From positions 896,001 to 960,000 of the forward strand of contig CAWBOC010000009.1 of NCBI GenBank assembly GCA_963790305.1: 64,000 bases of DNA, given 5' to 3'. How positions within the stretch are numbered: the stretch's first letter is position 1; every line of letters begins with the position of its first letter. A program made the translations under genes and the position numbers. The notes under the pieces are model-generated. The model had not been told where the DNA came from. It saw only the letters and a list, made by a program, of their open reading frames with translations, and made no database searches. Below are positions 9,463-19,285 of the stretch, piece after piece. Source of the stretch: an uncultured Gemmatimonadaceae bacterium. GTDB taxonomy: Bacteria; Gemmatimonadota; Gemmatimonadetes; Gemmatimonadales; Gemmatimonadaceae.

Positions 9463-11880
9463 ATGCCCCACAGTCAGCTTCCAACCGAGACTTCCCCGAA
9501 GAGCGTTCCCGGGCAATACACTCCCCCCGCGGCGCTGGACCGAGGCTTTCAGGATCGAGGAAACGCACCGCCGCCACCCACCGGCTTCGCCTGGGCGAGA
9601 TACGTCTCGGCCCTACGCCGGTACAAGTGGCTCGTCCTCGCCGTCGCCATAATTGGCTCCGGCGCGGGGGTGGTCGCTACTCGATTCGTCCCGCCGACCT
9701 TCCGCGTCAACGCTACAATCTGGATCTCGACGGACAGCCCGGGCCGGCAGGACCGCGGCCCGATCCGCGCCGACGAGCTCCTGTCGTCCTCGTCCTGGAT
9801 CGAGCTCTTCAAGAGCGGCGTGGTCGTCGACCCCGTCGTCAGCGAGCTCCGGCTCTATCTCATCCCGCGCGATCCCGCCCACGCCGAGTTGTTCCAGCGC
9901 TTCTCGCCAGGCAAGGGATTCCGGCCGGGAGAATACCAGCTCATCGTCCACCAGGAGGCTGGGCGGTTCACTCTCACCGACGGTGAGGGGAATCTGATCG
10001 AGGAGGGAGCGGCCGGGGACTCGATCGGCCGTCGGGTCGGGTTTGCGTGGGCGCCAGCCGGCGCCCTCCTGAGCGGACGAGGAACCGTGAAGTTCACGGC
10101 GATCACGCCGCGCGAGGCATCCTTCGCGCTCCTCGAGAATCTGAGCGCAACCATCCCGAGGACCGGGGACGGCCAGTCGAGCAACTTCCTGCGTCTGTCG
10201 CTGATGGGAAAGGACTCGGAGCTGACCGCCAGGATTCTGAATCGATGGGTCGAGGAGTTCCTCAGGACCGCCGATCGACTCAAGAAGCGAAACCTGGTCG
10301 AGTTCGCGAAGATCCTTCGCGCGCAGCTCGACTACGCGAGCGTGCAGCTGAAGAACGCGGAGATCGCGCTCGAGAGCTTCAAGGTCAACACCATTACGCA
10401 GCCTTCCGAGGGCACGCCGGTGTCGGCGGGGGTCGAAGAGTTTCGCGATCCCGTCTTCGATAGCTTTTTCAACCAGAAGGTTCAGCACGAAGAGGTGAAG
10501 CGCGACCGCGAGGCACTCGAGCGGATCGTCGCCGACGCGCGCAGCGGACAGATCATGCCGGAGGCGTTTTACTCGATTCCAAACGTGGTGGCTGGAGCGC
10601 AGGGCCTGCGGTCAGCGCTCGACGAGCTGTCCACGAAGGAAGCCCAGCTTCGAACTGCGCAGCAGGTCTGGACTGACGAGCACAACGCCGTGAAGGAGCT
10701 TCGTAACAGCGTCGCCCGGCTGCGTCAGGAGACGGTGCCGAGCATGACTACCGCGTTGCTCGAGCAGCTTCGTCGCCGCGAGGCCGAGCTTGGCCGCCGC
10801 ATCGAGTCGGCGTCGCGTGAGCTTCGGTCCATTCCGACGCGCACCATTGAGGAGATGCGGCTCCGTCGCGAGGTCGATGTCGCGGTAGCGTTGTATTCCT
10901 CGTTGCAAACGCGTTATGAGGAAGCTCGACTCGCCGAAGCGAGTGCGGTGGCGGACGTTCAGCCGCTCGACGGGGCGGTCGCCCCTCAGCGGCCGGAAGG
11001 TGATCGCACCGCGCAGTTCATTCTGATGGCGGTCATGGGAAGCATTGGCGCGGGGCTCGCACTCGCCGTGCTGCTCGACCGGCTGGATGGACGGGTGCGC
11101 TACCCGGACCAGATCACGCACGAGCTGGGGCTGGACATCCTCGGCGCGGTTCCGACCATCAAGGAGGTCAAGGATCGCAGCGCAGAGGTCGAGAAGGCAG
11201 CGGCGGTCGTTGAGGCATTTCGCACCATCCGCCTCGCCCTGACCCACGCTGGCGAGCCCCATTCGCCCTTCATGGTCACGGTGACAAGCCCGTCCCCCGG
11301 CGATGGGAAATCCCTCGTCTCGGCGAATCTCGCGCTGTCGTTCGCCGAAGCTGGCTATCGGACGTTGCTCATCGACGGCGATATCCGGCGCGGCCGGCTC
11401 CACTCCGCCTTCGGGGCCGAGCGCCGTCCAGGCCTGGTCGACTGCCTCATGGGGTCGATCGAGCCCACCGACGTAATGCGCGCGTCGTCGCACGAGAATC
11501 TGACGCTCATTTCGTGTGGTGCGCGTAGACAGCGTGGTCCGGAGCTACTCGCCTCCCAGGCGATGCAATCTCTGATGAGCGCCGTCGAGCCCAAATTCGA
11601 CGCGATCATCGTGGACAGCTCGCCCCTCGGCGCCGGGATCGATCCGCTCGCTCTCGGAATCGTCACGCGCAACATGATCCTCGTGCTCAAGAACGGTCAG
11701 ACCGACAGACGGTTGGCGCAGGCAAAGCTCGAGCTGGTCGACCGCCTTCCCGTTCGGATGCTCGGTGCCGTCCTCAACGATTTTCACGGCGAGCCGATCT
11801 ACAAGTACTACCAGTACGACGACGGTTATGCCCTCGAGTCGGACGATCCGTTGCTCATCGGCGCGAGAGACGACGCCTAA
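9463..11880 (+). CDS. wzc: Polysaccharide co-polymerase / tyrosine autokinase (Wzc/GumC family)
   Basis: Wzz-type N-terminal TM, coiled-coil periplasmic part, second TM, Walker A SPSPGDGKS, LIDGDIRR, IIVDSSP, Tyr cluster YKYYQYDDGY. Confidence 0.92.
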   Translation: MPHSQLPTETSPKSVPGQYTPPAALDRGFQDRGNAPPPPTGFAWARYVSALRRYKWLVLAVAIIGSGAGVVATRFVPPTFRVNATIWISTDSPGRQDRGPIRADELLSSSSWIELFKSGVVVDPVVSELRLYLIPRDPAHAELFQRFSPGKGFRPGEYQLIVHQEAGRFTLTDGEGNLIEEGAAGDSIGRRVGFAWAPAGALLSGRGTVKFTAITPREASFALLENLSATIPRTGDGQSSNFLRLSLMGKDSELTARILNRWVEEFLRTADRLKKRNLVEFAKILRAQLDYASVQLKNAEIALESFKVNTITQPSEGTPVSAGVEEFRDPVFDSFFNQKVQHEEVKRDREALERIVADARSGQIMPEAFYSIPNVVAGAQGLRSALDELSTKEAQLRTAQQVWTDEHNAVKELRNSVARLRQETVPSMTTALLEQLRRREAELGRRIESASRELRSIPTRTIEEMRLRREVDVAVALYSSLQTRYEEARLAEASAVADVQPLDGAVAPQRPEGDRTAQFILMAVMGSIGAGLALAVLLDRLDGRVRYPDQITHELGLDILGAVPTIKEVKDRSAEVEKAAAVVEAFRTIRLALTHAGEPHSPFMVTVTSPSPGDGKSLVSANLALSFAEAGYRTLLIDGDIRRGRLHSAFGAERRPGLVDCLMGSIEPTDVMRASSHENLTLISCGARRQRGPELLASQAMQSLMSAVEPKFDAIIVDSSPLGAGIDPLALGIVTRNMILVLKNGQTDRRLAQAKLELVDRLPVRMLGAVLNDFHGEPIYKYYQYDDGYALESDDPLLIGARDDA

Positions 11881-11903
11881 CAGCTGCGGCTCTTCCGGAA
11901 CGC

Positions 11904-11940
11904 AATGAGGCCCCGGCGCGAATCGCGCCGGGGCCTCATT
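11904..11940. terminator. Bidirectional hairpin between convergent genes
   Basis: Perfect 17-bp stem AATGAGGCCCCGGCGCG / CGCGCCGGGGCCTCATT with a 3-nt loop. Confidence 0.8.
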
Positions 11941-11965
11941 TGCCAGGTGAGCGACACCAGCGGAG

Positions 11966-12917
11966 TCAGGGCGTGGGCCGCGCGGGCAAGTCGTCGAAGG
12001 ATGCCACCGAGAGATCCTCGTGCGTCTGCCGCGCATGGTGAAGTGCCGTGGCAGCGCGAAGAATCATCTCCACCGCATCGACGGGCGACTCGGTGAAATT
12101 AGGCACCGCACAATAGCCGGCTCGAATACGCGGCGCCGAACCATTACCGTCTTCCGAGAAGGTTTCTTGAAGGACACCCTGGAGTCGGGCAACCAGGCGC
12201 TTGGCACCCTCCGCATTGGTCGCGGGGGCGATGATGGCGAACTCGAGGCTGCCGAGGCGGCCGATCGCGTCTGACACGCGACCCTTCTTCCTGAACAGCT
12301 CACTCACCTGTTCCGTGAGGCGCTCGGCCGTGGCTGCGGCGATCTCCTCTCCATTGCCGTCCGCGAGGTCGGGCGCCACCGCAAGGCAGGCGAGCGCGTC
12401 GTGGCGGCGAAATGCATCGTTGCCGATCTCCTGGGCCCGGCGAGCCAGGCCGCGCATGTTGTAGAGACCGGTCCTCTGATCGACCAGACTCTCCGCTCTC
12501 ACGCGATCGACCTCGCGTTTGCATCGCATGAACGTGTCGAGCTTCACGACGAGCGCCTCGCCATCCAGCGGCTGCGTGCAGTACTCCCACGCTCCAGCTC
12601 GATAGGCCGCCAGCCGTTGCGCCCTCGCGCCTTCACCTGCCGACGTGATGACGATTGGCGTGGTGGCGCTGAATCGAGGATCCTGCCGAAGCGTGCGACA
12701 GACGTCGATCCCATCAATGTCGGGGAGTCGCGCGTCGACCACAACCACGTCGGGCAACGAGGTCCGCGCCATTCTCGAGGGCCTGGCGTCCGGTGTGCGC
12801 GCGAAGTACCGCGTACCCGTTGGGACCCAGGATGCTCTCGAGCGAACGAGCCGACCATTCCTGATCGTTGGCCAGGAGAGCCAATGGAGGGCGTGAAGGT
12901 CGGTCGGTCTCGGTCAT
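11966..12917 (-). CDS. Atypical receiver domain plus degenerate GGDEF protein (frameshift near 12773)
   Basis: MTETDRP...LANDQEW...GRQALE joins MARTSLPDVVVVD after deleting one A; DQRTGLYNMR, RVSD and GRLGSLEF motifs. Confidence 0.82.
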
Positions 12918-13013
12918 GATCTCTTGAAGTGACGGCAGGGCCACCTTCGTATCAATCGTGTAATTCATCTCCGCGGGCATCATGCAGGAGTCATGCGGGG
13001 GCGGGGATCCCCG

Positions 13014-13026
13014 TAACGTATTGATT
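13014..13026. promoter_or_regulatory. IHF-type binding site
   Basis: TAACGTATTGATT matches YAANNNNTTGATW; lies between palindrome 13071-13088 and a sigma-54-like element at 12983-12998. Confidence 0.55.
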
Positions 13027-13361
13027 CAGGTGGGTTTCAGGCGACGCTCTTCCGACGCGCTCTCAAAATGTGCCGCATGGGCGCCACAATAACGATGGAT
13101 TGCGCTCGACGGCTGCAGTCACCGCACATTAGGCGCCATTTGCCGCGACCGCCGCGTCCACCTAGGCCCCGCCTCGAGCGCTCCCGCATGCCTCCCGGTG
13201 TTGGGAGCGTGCGAAAACCTTGTGGGCGCGCCGCTACACCCACCCGATCAAATTCCCTGTGCAACGACTGACCACACATTACAAGATGTTGTACCAGTTA
13301 GCGTTAGCATTACGCATCAAGGGCACCTTTCGGTAGCACGGGGAGTGCATGAGGGCGGGCC

Positions 13362-14177
13362 ATGACTCTCCGCCCCTCTCGCATCAACTCGAACGCGTCC
13401 TTCCACGTCATGACTCGCTTCTGTGCGACGTGGATCGCGTTTCTTTTCGCCGCAGCGCCCGCGATCGCGCAGTCAACCAGCCCCCAGGCGTCGCGGAACG
13501 CCCAGGCGTCCCGGGAAGAGCTGATGGTCCTCGCCGCTGACGCCGAGCGGCAGGCCACGTCAGGCGGCACCGAGGAAGCCCGTCAGCAAAAGCGCCTCGA
13601 GGCGACAGAGCTCCGCGAGCGACTTCGTGACGGCGATTTCCAGGTTGGCGACCGAATCGTGCTGAGCGTGCGCGGGGATTCCGCGCTGACCGACACGTTC
13701 GTCGTGCGGGCGGGTCGTACCCTCAGCCTTCCGAATATCGCCGAGATCTCGCTCGCCGGTGTCCTTCGCTCGGAGCTGCAGACGTTCCTGTCGAAGGAGA
13801 TCGCGCGGTACGTTCGCGAGCCGGTGGTCCAGACGTCCTCGCTGATTCGTCTCGCTGTGCTCGGCCAGGTGATTCGCCCGGGGTTCTATGCCGTTGGTTC
13901 GGATGTCCTGGTGACCGACGTGATCATGCTCGCGGGCGGGCCGAGCACCGAGGCAGATCTGCGGAAGGTCAGCGTGCGACGCGGGGCGCGAGAAGTGTGG
14001 ACCTCGGATCGGATCCATATGGCGATGACGCAGGGAACCACGCTCGATCAACTCAACCTGCGCGCCGGCGATGAGCTGGTGATTGGAGAGCGGAAACGGC
14101 GCGGGTTCGGGTCGGTATTGCAGGTCGTCTCGGCGGTAAGCGCAGTCGCGATCGGCATCGTCACACTTTCGAGGTAA
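13362..14177 (+). CDS. Polysaccharide export protein (Wza-like, Poly_export plus SLBB)
   Basis: Signal peptide; FQVGDRI, LPNIAEISLAG, VLGQVIRPGFY and LRAGDELVI motifs; C-terminal hydrophobic helix. Alternative start at 13410. Confidence 0.85.
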   Translation: MTLRPSRINSNASFHVMTRFCATWIAFLFAAAPAIAQSTSPQASRNAQASREELMVLAADAERQATSGGTEEARQQKRLEATELRERLRDGDFQVGDRIVLSVRGDSALTDTFVVRAGRTLSLPNIAEISLAGVLRSELQTFLSKEIARYVREPVVQTSSLIRLAVLGQVIRPGFYAVGSDVLVTDVIMLAGGPSTEADLRKVSVRRGAREVWTSDRIHMAMTQGTTLDQLNLRAGDELVIGERKRRGFGSVLQVVSAVSAVAIGIVTLSR

Positions 14178-14186
14178 CGAGAGATC

Positions 14187-15011
14187 ATGGAAGCCGGCCC
14201 CTCACAGTCCATGCGAACGCGCCCTCACAAGCGGCCCATGGGCGTGCGCAGATCGGCAGGCGTGCCGGTCGAGGCAAAAACCCCCGATGCAGCGCCGCTG
14301 TTGCGGGTGGTGCGAGAGGACCTCGTCCTTCCAAAGGGGGATTCCCCGGCCGGACTGACGGAGCGCGAGCGGGCCGTTACGCTCGATCGTGTCATCAACG
14401 TCACGCTTGCCACGCTCGCAATGATCTTCCTCGCACCGCTCTTCGTCGCGGTGGCGATCGCGATCAAGCTGACGTCACGCGGCCCTATCTTCTACATGCA
14501 GCCCCGCGTCGGCGTCGATCGCCGCACCTCCGGGACGGCACCGGGATACGACCGTCGCGGTCGGGATCTCGGTGGGACCATTTTCTTGATCTACAAGTTC
14601 CGCACGATGTTCGTCGACGCCGAGACTCAGACGGGCGCGGTCTGGGCGACGAAGGGAGATCCTCGAATCACTCCCATTGGCCAGTTTCTGCGCAAGTGCC
14701 GCATCGACGAGCTTCCGCAGCTGATCAACGTGATTCGCGGGGAGATGAAGATTGTCGGACCGCGCCCCGAGCGCCCGGGCATCTTCGCCCGCCTGCGCGA
14801 GGACATCGCCGAGTATCCCCTTCGCCAGCGGGCGAAGCCGGGAATCACCGGCTGGGCACAGATCAATCAGTCGTACGATTCGTGTCTGGACGACGTGCGC
14901 TCGAAGGTTCGCTACGATCTCGAGTATCTCGAGCGGCAGAGTATCGCCGAAGACCTTCGCATCATGGTCAAGACCGTCCCCGTCATGCTGTTCCGCAAGG
15001 GCGGCTGGTAG
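14187..15011 (+). CDS. Priming sugar-phosphate transferase (WcaJ/WbaP C-terminal type)
   Basis: KFRTM, DPRITPIGQFLRKCRIDELPQL, VGPRPE and KPGITGWAQI motifs. Confidence 0.93.
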   Translation: MEAGPSQSMRTRPHKRPMGVRRSAGVPVEAKTPDAAPLLRVVREDLVLPKGDSPAGLTERERAVTLDRVINVTLATLAMIFLAPLFVAVAIAIKLTSRGPIFYMQPRVGVDRRTSGTAPGYDRRGRDLGGTIFLIYKFRTMFVDAETQTGAVWATKGDPRITPIGQFLRKCRIDELPQLINVIRGEMKIVGPRPERPGIFARLREDIAEYPLRQRAKPGITGWAQINQSYDSCLDDVRSKVRYDLEYLERQSIAEDLRIMVKTVPVMLFRKGGW

Positions 15012-15052
15012 CCCAACGCCGCGCGGAACAGATCTCCGTCAGGCTGGTCTCG

Positions 15053-16228
15053 TCAGGCGGTCCGTCTCGTAGGCTCCCAGGTCGCGTTTCGATGACCGCG
15101 AAGAACCTGCCGCCACGCCAGTAGCCCAGCGGCGCAGGACGCCAGGACAAAACCCGGGAGCGCGAACAGCGTCGGCACAGTCCGGTTCCGGCGCCAACGC
15201 ATTCCGATCACGCCGAGCAGTGCGCCCGCGCCGAGCGCGGCCAGCACCAGCGACATCGCTGGCCACTCCAGACTCAGCAGCGCAAGTCCGAGCACCGCGC
15301 CCGGAAGCGTCAGATACACCAGCCACCGCGCGAGCTTGTGGCTGAGAAGGAACCAGGCAAACATCCCGTATCGACGCGGATTCATCAGGTGGCGCTTGAA
15401 CCACAGTGTCTCCAGCCCTCGCGCCATCGTACGAACCTTCCGGCGGAATTCGGACTCCAATGATGCGGTCCGAGGGACGATGCACGTCGCATCGCCGACG
15501 GACACCGCCCGGTAGCCGCGCTCACGAACGAGGAGCGCCGAGCCGAAATCACGGCTCAAGTGCTCCGGAAAGTCCGTGACGTAGAGCGCTCGTCTGATTC
15601 CGTAGAAACAGCCGCTGGCGCCGACAATCGAATGCGTGCGCGTTTCGAGCGCGCGAATCCACATCTCGTAGCCGACGTATCCAGCCTCGCCTCGATTCCC
15701 GTCGCGCGCAGCGGTTCCCACGCTCACATCGCACCCCGACGCCACACCCACGGTCGGATCCTGGAACGCCAGCACGAGCGCCTTGAGCGCGTTCGGCAGC
15801 ACGCGGACGGACGCGTCAATGTTGACGACGAGTTCGCCGCGTACGACGAAGCCAGCCGCATTCTCGGCCGCGGACTTGCCGCGGCGCGTTGGCAGCCGGA
15901 GCAGCTCGACGCCACGCCCGGCGTATCCTTCGACGATGGCGTCCGTGCGATCGGTCGAGGCGTCGGAAATGACGAGGATCTGCAGCTTGTCAGCCGGATA
16001 ATCGAGCGCGAGCAAGCTGTCGAGCGCGTCGGCGACTCGCGACTCTTCGTTGAAGCATGGGACGGTGATGCTGACCGTTGGCCATGCGCTTGGCTCGGGC
16101 AGTCGCGGCACGACGGGCCTCCGAGATGCGACCGCCTTCAGCAGAAGCGGGTATCCCGCGTACGCGTACGCGAAGAGCGCAGCCGGCGCGGCGATCAACG
16201 CCGAGCCAAGGACCGTGGGCAGCGACAT
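15053..16228 (-). CDS. GT2 family glycosyltransferase with C-terminal TM helices
   Basis: VPCFNEE, ISDASTD, GKSAAEN, NIDAS, GASGCFY, EFRRKVR. Confidence 0.88.
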   Translation of the reverse strand: MSLPTVLGSALIAAPAALFAYAYAGYPLLLKAVASRRPVVPRLPEPSAWPTVSITVPCFNEESRVADALDSLLALDYPADKLQILVISDASTDRTDAIVEGYAGRGVELLRLPTRRGKSAAENAAGFVVRGELVVNIDASVRVLPNALKALVLAFQDPTVGVASGCDVSVGTAARDGNRGEAGYVGYEMWIRALETRTHSIVGASGCFYGIRRALYVTDFPEHLSRDFGSALLVRERGYRAVSVGDATCIVPRTASLESEFRRKVRTMARGLETLWFKRHLMNPRRYGMFAWFLLSHKLARWLVYLTLPGAVLGLALLSLEWPAMSLVLAALGAGALLGVIGMRWRRNRTVPTLFALPGFVLASCAAGLLAWRQVLRGHRNATWEPTRRTA

Positions 16229-16246
16229 GGGACGAGGTGGCCCGTG

Positions 16247-17380
16247 CTAGGCGGTGGTGGCGGAGGAGCCTTGCGCCAACGCCTGCAGCTTGCTGGGAAC
16301 CGGTGGCCAGGTTTGCAGGCCGACCTCAGCATACGCTTCCACCAGCGGCGCGGGTCGAGAGTCACCGACGAGAACGTGAAGGATCCATCCGACCGCCATG
16401 GCGATTCCGAAAACCACGTAGTACGCGAGATGCATCGGAATCGCTCGCAGGGTGAAAAGGAGCCCGCGCTCCCGCTCGAAGAACCCGTAGAGGTGGCGGT
16501 TCACGAAAAGGATGGCCTGAAGCGAGACGGCGGTCGCGATCAGCCATCGCTCATCCCACGCGATGGCTGCGAGAACGAGGAAGAAGAGCGCGGCCCAGAC
16601 GAAGCCGGTGTTGGTCCGCTCGACGGTCTTGAGCGCGATCCGATCGCTGTCCTGGCTTGCCCGCTGTCCCATCAGCAGGCGCATCCACGGCACACCGCGG
16701 TCCCGAAGATCCGAGCGGATTGCCGCTCGAAAGGTCCACTCGGTGAGGTTGGTGACACTGATCTCCGGACGCAGAACGATCTTGTACCCGCGCGCCCGAA
16801 TTCGCTGGCCGAGCTCCATGTCCTCCACCTGCAGCCTGGCGAACCGCCACTCGTCGTACATTCCCGCCTCGACGAAGACCTCGCGTCGCACCGCGCCGCA
16901 CACCGCCCAGAACGTCTCGGCGTCACCGGCACTCTGCAGGTGCACGTAGTGGTGAAGGAGGTTGCGATACGTCGAGACGACTCCGACCGCCGGAGAGCTC
17001 GTAGCATAGCTGCCGAACACTGCACTGACGTCCGGCTCGTGGGCGAACACCAGCGCGATGCGGCGCAGAGTGTCGCCCTGCACGCGCGCGTCCGGGTTCA
17101 CGAAGACGACGCCCTCGCCGCGCGACACCTCGAAGCCGCGATTGCGCGCGTACGCGGGACCGCGAGCGTTTCCGGGCAGGCTGACGACTGTGTCGGCGTA
17201 CTCCGCCGCGATGAGCGCGGAATCATCCTGGCTCGCGTCGTCGACGACGATCAGCTCCCAGCAGTCGCGCGGCAAATCACTCTGAACGATCGCATCCAGG
17301 CATTGCGCAAGCGTGCGAGCACTGTTGTGCGCGGGGACGATCACCGACAGGTACGGCCCGCGGGTGGTCAGCTGCGTCAT
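16247..17380 (-). CDS. GT2 family glycosyltransferase
   Basis: SVIVPAHN, VVDDASQD, GPAYARNRG, EDMELG; DxD position reads NPD. Confidence 0.85.
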   Translation of the reverse strand: MTQLTTRGPYLSVIVPAHNSARTLAQCLDAIVQSDLPRDCWELIVVDDASQDDSALIAAEYADTVVSLPGNARGPAYARNRGFEVSRGEGVVFVNPDARVQGDTLRRIALVFAHEPDVSAVFGSYATSSPAVGVVSTYRNLLHHYVHLQSAGDAETFWAVCGAVRREVFVEAGMYDEWRFARLQVEDMELGQRIRARGYKIVLRPEISVTNLTEWTFRAAIRSDLRDRGVPWMRLLMGQRASQDSDRIALKTVERTNTGFVWAALFFLVLAAIAWDERWLIATAVSLQAILFVNRHLYGFFERERGLLFTLRAIPMHLAYYVVFGIAMAVGWILHVLVGDSRPAPLVEAYAEVGLQTWPPVPSKLQALAQGSSATTA

Positions 17381-17974
17381 TTACCGGGCTCGCCTGACCT
17401 GCTCGACGTCAGCAAGATGCTCGGTCCATCGCGTCAACGCTGCGCGGGCGCGGGCAGCATCCGGTGCAAGAGTCGGCGGGGACGGCTTGAGCGCGCCCGC
17501 ACCGCCGGCTGGCACCACGCCACGCACCGCCAGGAATTCGGCCCAATCGGTGGCAGCTTTCACGCGTCGCCCGTTCTCGGATCCCGTCCCCTTCCGTGAG
17601 CTCCCTTCGAAGCGGCGGATGCGGTCACACCATCCGTCCTCTTCGAGAACGGACCAGTCGAGGACGAAGACGATGTCTCCGGTCGCGTGCGCCATGGCGA
17701 GCCGGCGCACGTCTGATTGAGTGGCGTCGTCGGGAACCGCGACGAAGCGGATGTTCCACTCTTCGCGAAGGGCGTCATATGTCACGCCGCGAGGCAGCGC
17801 CACGACGAACTCGGCGCTCAGCTCCTTGCACCGCGCGGCGACGGATCTCAATGTCGCGAGATGCCGCTCCTCACACGTCGTGCTCATCACGACCGAAAAC
17901 GCTGGCACGGCCGTGGCTCGCATGAGCTTCAGGTATGAAGGGTGAGAAGGGGAGCTGCTCGAGTTTGGCGTCAT
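17381..17974 (-). CDS. Degenerate GT2-like protein
   Basis: FSVVMSTT and RRLAMAHATGDIVFVLD resemble a GT-A N-terminal half; stop abuts the start of the downstream GT2. Start uncertain. Confidence 0.5.
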   Translation of the reverse strand: MTPNSSSSPSHPSYLKLMRATAVPAFSVVMSTTCEERHLATLRSVAARCKELSAEFVVALPRGVTYDALREEWNIRFVAVPDDATQSDVRRLAMAHATGDIVFVLDWSVLEEDGWCDRIRRFEGSSRKGTGSENGRRVKAATDWAEFLAVRGVVPAGGAGALKPSPPTLAPDAARARAALTRWTEHLADVEQVRRAR

Positions 17975-18273
17975 CACCGCACGGATCTGGCTGGATGGAG
18001 CGCGAGCTTCCACGCGTGGACGAGCAGGTGGTCTCTCGATCTGTTCCGTTCGCTGCAGGCTTGCACGCGAGGGCGCACACCCTGTGGGCAAGAAGCAGGC
18101 ACGCGATGAGTGGGTAACGATGCCGTTGTCGCGGCGAGAGTTAGGCTTCGCGTACCCAGGCGCGAATCGCACATCAGCTGGCGAAGTGTTGCGACCCTCC
18201 TACACGGAGCCGCCACGCCCCAGTCGGGATGCATGGCAGGTTTCGAGAGCGCGATCGCTTCGTCGCAATTTCG

Positions 18274-18708
18274 CTACGCGTTGACGACGTTGGCGCTCGG
18301 TGGTGCGACGGACGCTACCACGGCCGCGAGGGGAATCGTCACTCCAATGCCTCGCTCCAGCTCGCTCAGCCGCTCCATGGCGCTGCGCGGATCGGCGTAC
18401 GGGATCTCGCGCGCGTCGAGCTGCGCGCGGAACTCGTCACTCCACGCCACGACGATGCGCGCGCGCTGTGCCGCGGAGCAGACGAACTGTTCATCGCGAG
18501 CATCGACGTAGACCACACCATTGAGACGCAAGTGGCGGCTCGATGACACGAGTGGATCGAGTACGCGATCCACCGCCTGCGGCGAGACGCCGCGTAAGAC
18601 GAGCATTACATATCCAACGGAGCTGGCACGGTAGGCAGCGGCCAGGAGCCCGGTGGGCAACGCTCCGGTGGATTCTGGTGCGATCTCGAGCACGGCGGCG
18701 ATCCGCAT
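18274..18708 (-). CDS. Hypothetical protein (144 aa)
   Basis: ATG 18708 with GAGGA RBS; strong sigma-54 motif upstream. Confidence 0.55.
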   Translation of the reverse strand: MRIAAVLEIAPESTGALPTGLLAAAYRASSVGYVMLVLRGVSPQAVDRVLDPLVSSSRHLRLNGVVYVDARDEQFVCSAAQRARIVVAWSDEFRAQLDAREIPYADPRSAMERLSELERGIGVTIPLAAVVASVAPPSANVVNA

Positions 18709-18760
18709 ACATTTCCTCGGGACTCGTTTGAGCAAAGCAGCTTCAGCGGCTCGCGAGGGG

Positions 18761-18775
18761 GCAATCGATATGCCA
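18761..18775 (-). promoter_or_regulatory. sigma-54 promoter
   Basis: Minus strand TGGCAT-ATCGA-TTGC, near consensus; tandem palindromes at 18864-18881 and 18886-18903. Confidence 0.75.
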
Positions 18776-19121
18776 GGTACGGCCCCTCTCTCACGCGCGA
18801 ATTAGTACATTGAATGCGCGTACCCGCCCGGAACTGGAGAGCGGGCCTCACGAGCGGCGCTCGTGCGGCGCCTGCTCCACACAATCGTGGGAGGTGACCC
18901 ACATCGCGACGGTTCTCGTGGCGCGACGGACTGGATTCTCCTTTCCATCTGTGGGCGAGCTGTGCGCGAAGCTCCCCCCGGCGCGCACGCGGCGACCCGC
19001 GTGAGACCGCGAACGTGATGCGATCGACTGGAACACGCCTGCGCCACATGCTCCAGGCGCCTGACGATCTGCATATGGCCTGTTGCGTGAGTGATCGCGA
19101 TTGTGGGACGGCCTCGCAAAG

Positions 19122-19139
19122 TGTAGCGAATGCGCCACA
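19122..19139. promoter_or_regulatory. Candidate enhancer palindrome TGTAGCG-AATG-CGCCACA
   Basis: Best match to the recurring 18-bp motif; upstream of the carbamoyltransferase operon. Confidence 0.6.
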
Positions 19140-19285
19140 CGGTAGCGCTGGTCGCTCGTGGGGAAGGTAGAAGTCAACTCGTTGTCGCTCAGCGACTTCT
19201 CAAGCATTAACGGGTGGATGCCGTGCACCGCCCGCCTCTTGCAAGAGTGCCGCGCGTCCTAATTTCCGACGTTCAGGAGGTTCGC

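Noticed and set aside
11966..12917. Active diguanylate cyclase
   Set aside because: The signature is GSLEF and the metal-binding Asp region is also altered (AVAPD).
13334..13349. sigma-54 promoter for the wza-like gene (TAGCACGGGGAGTGCA), and similar weak matches near 24310, 28692 and 50145
   Set aside because: Each misses a core GG or GC base in a non-recurring way; too weak to call.
3092..17599. Long alternative ORFs such as 3092-4696 (+), 15560-17599 (+) and 8078-9181 (-)
   Set aside because: Antisense or off-frame shadows of well-supported genes in GC-rich DNA, Arg-rich and without motifs.
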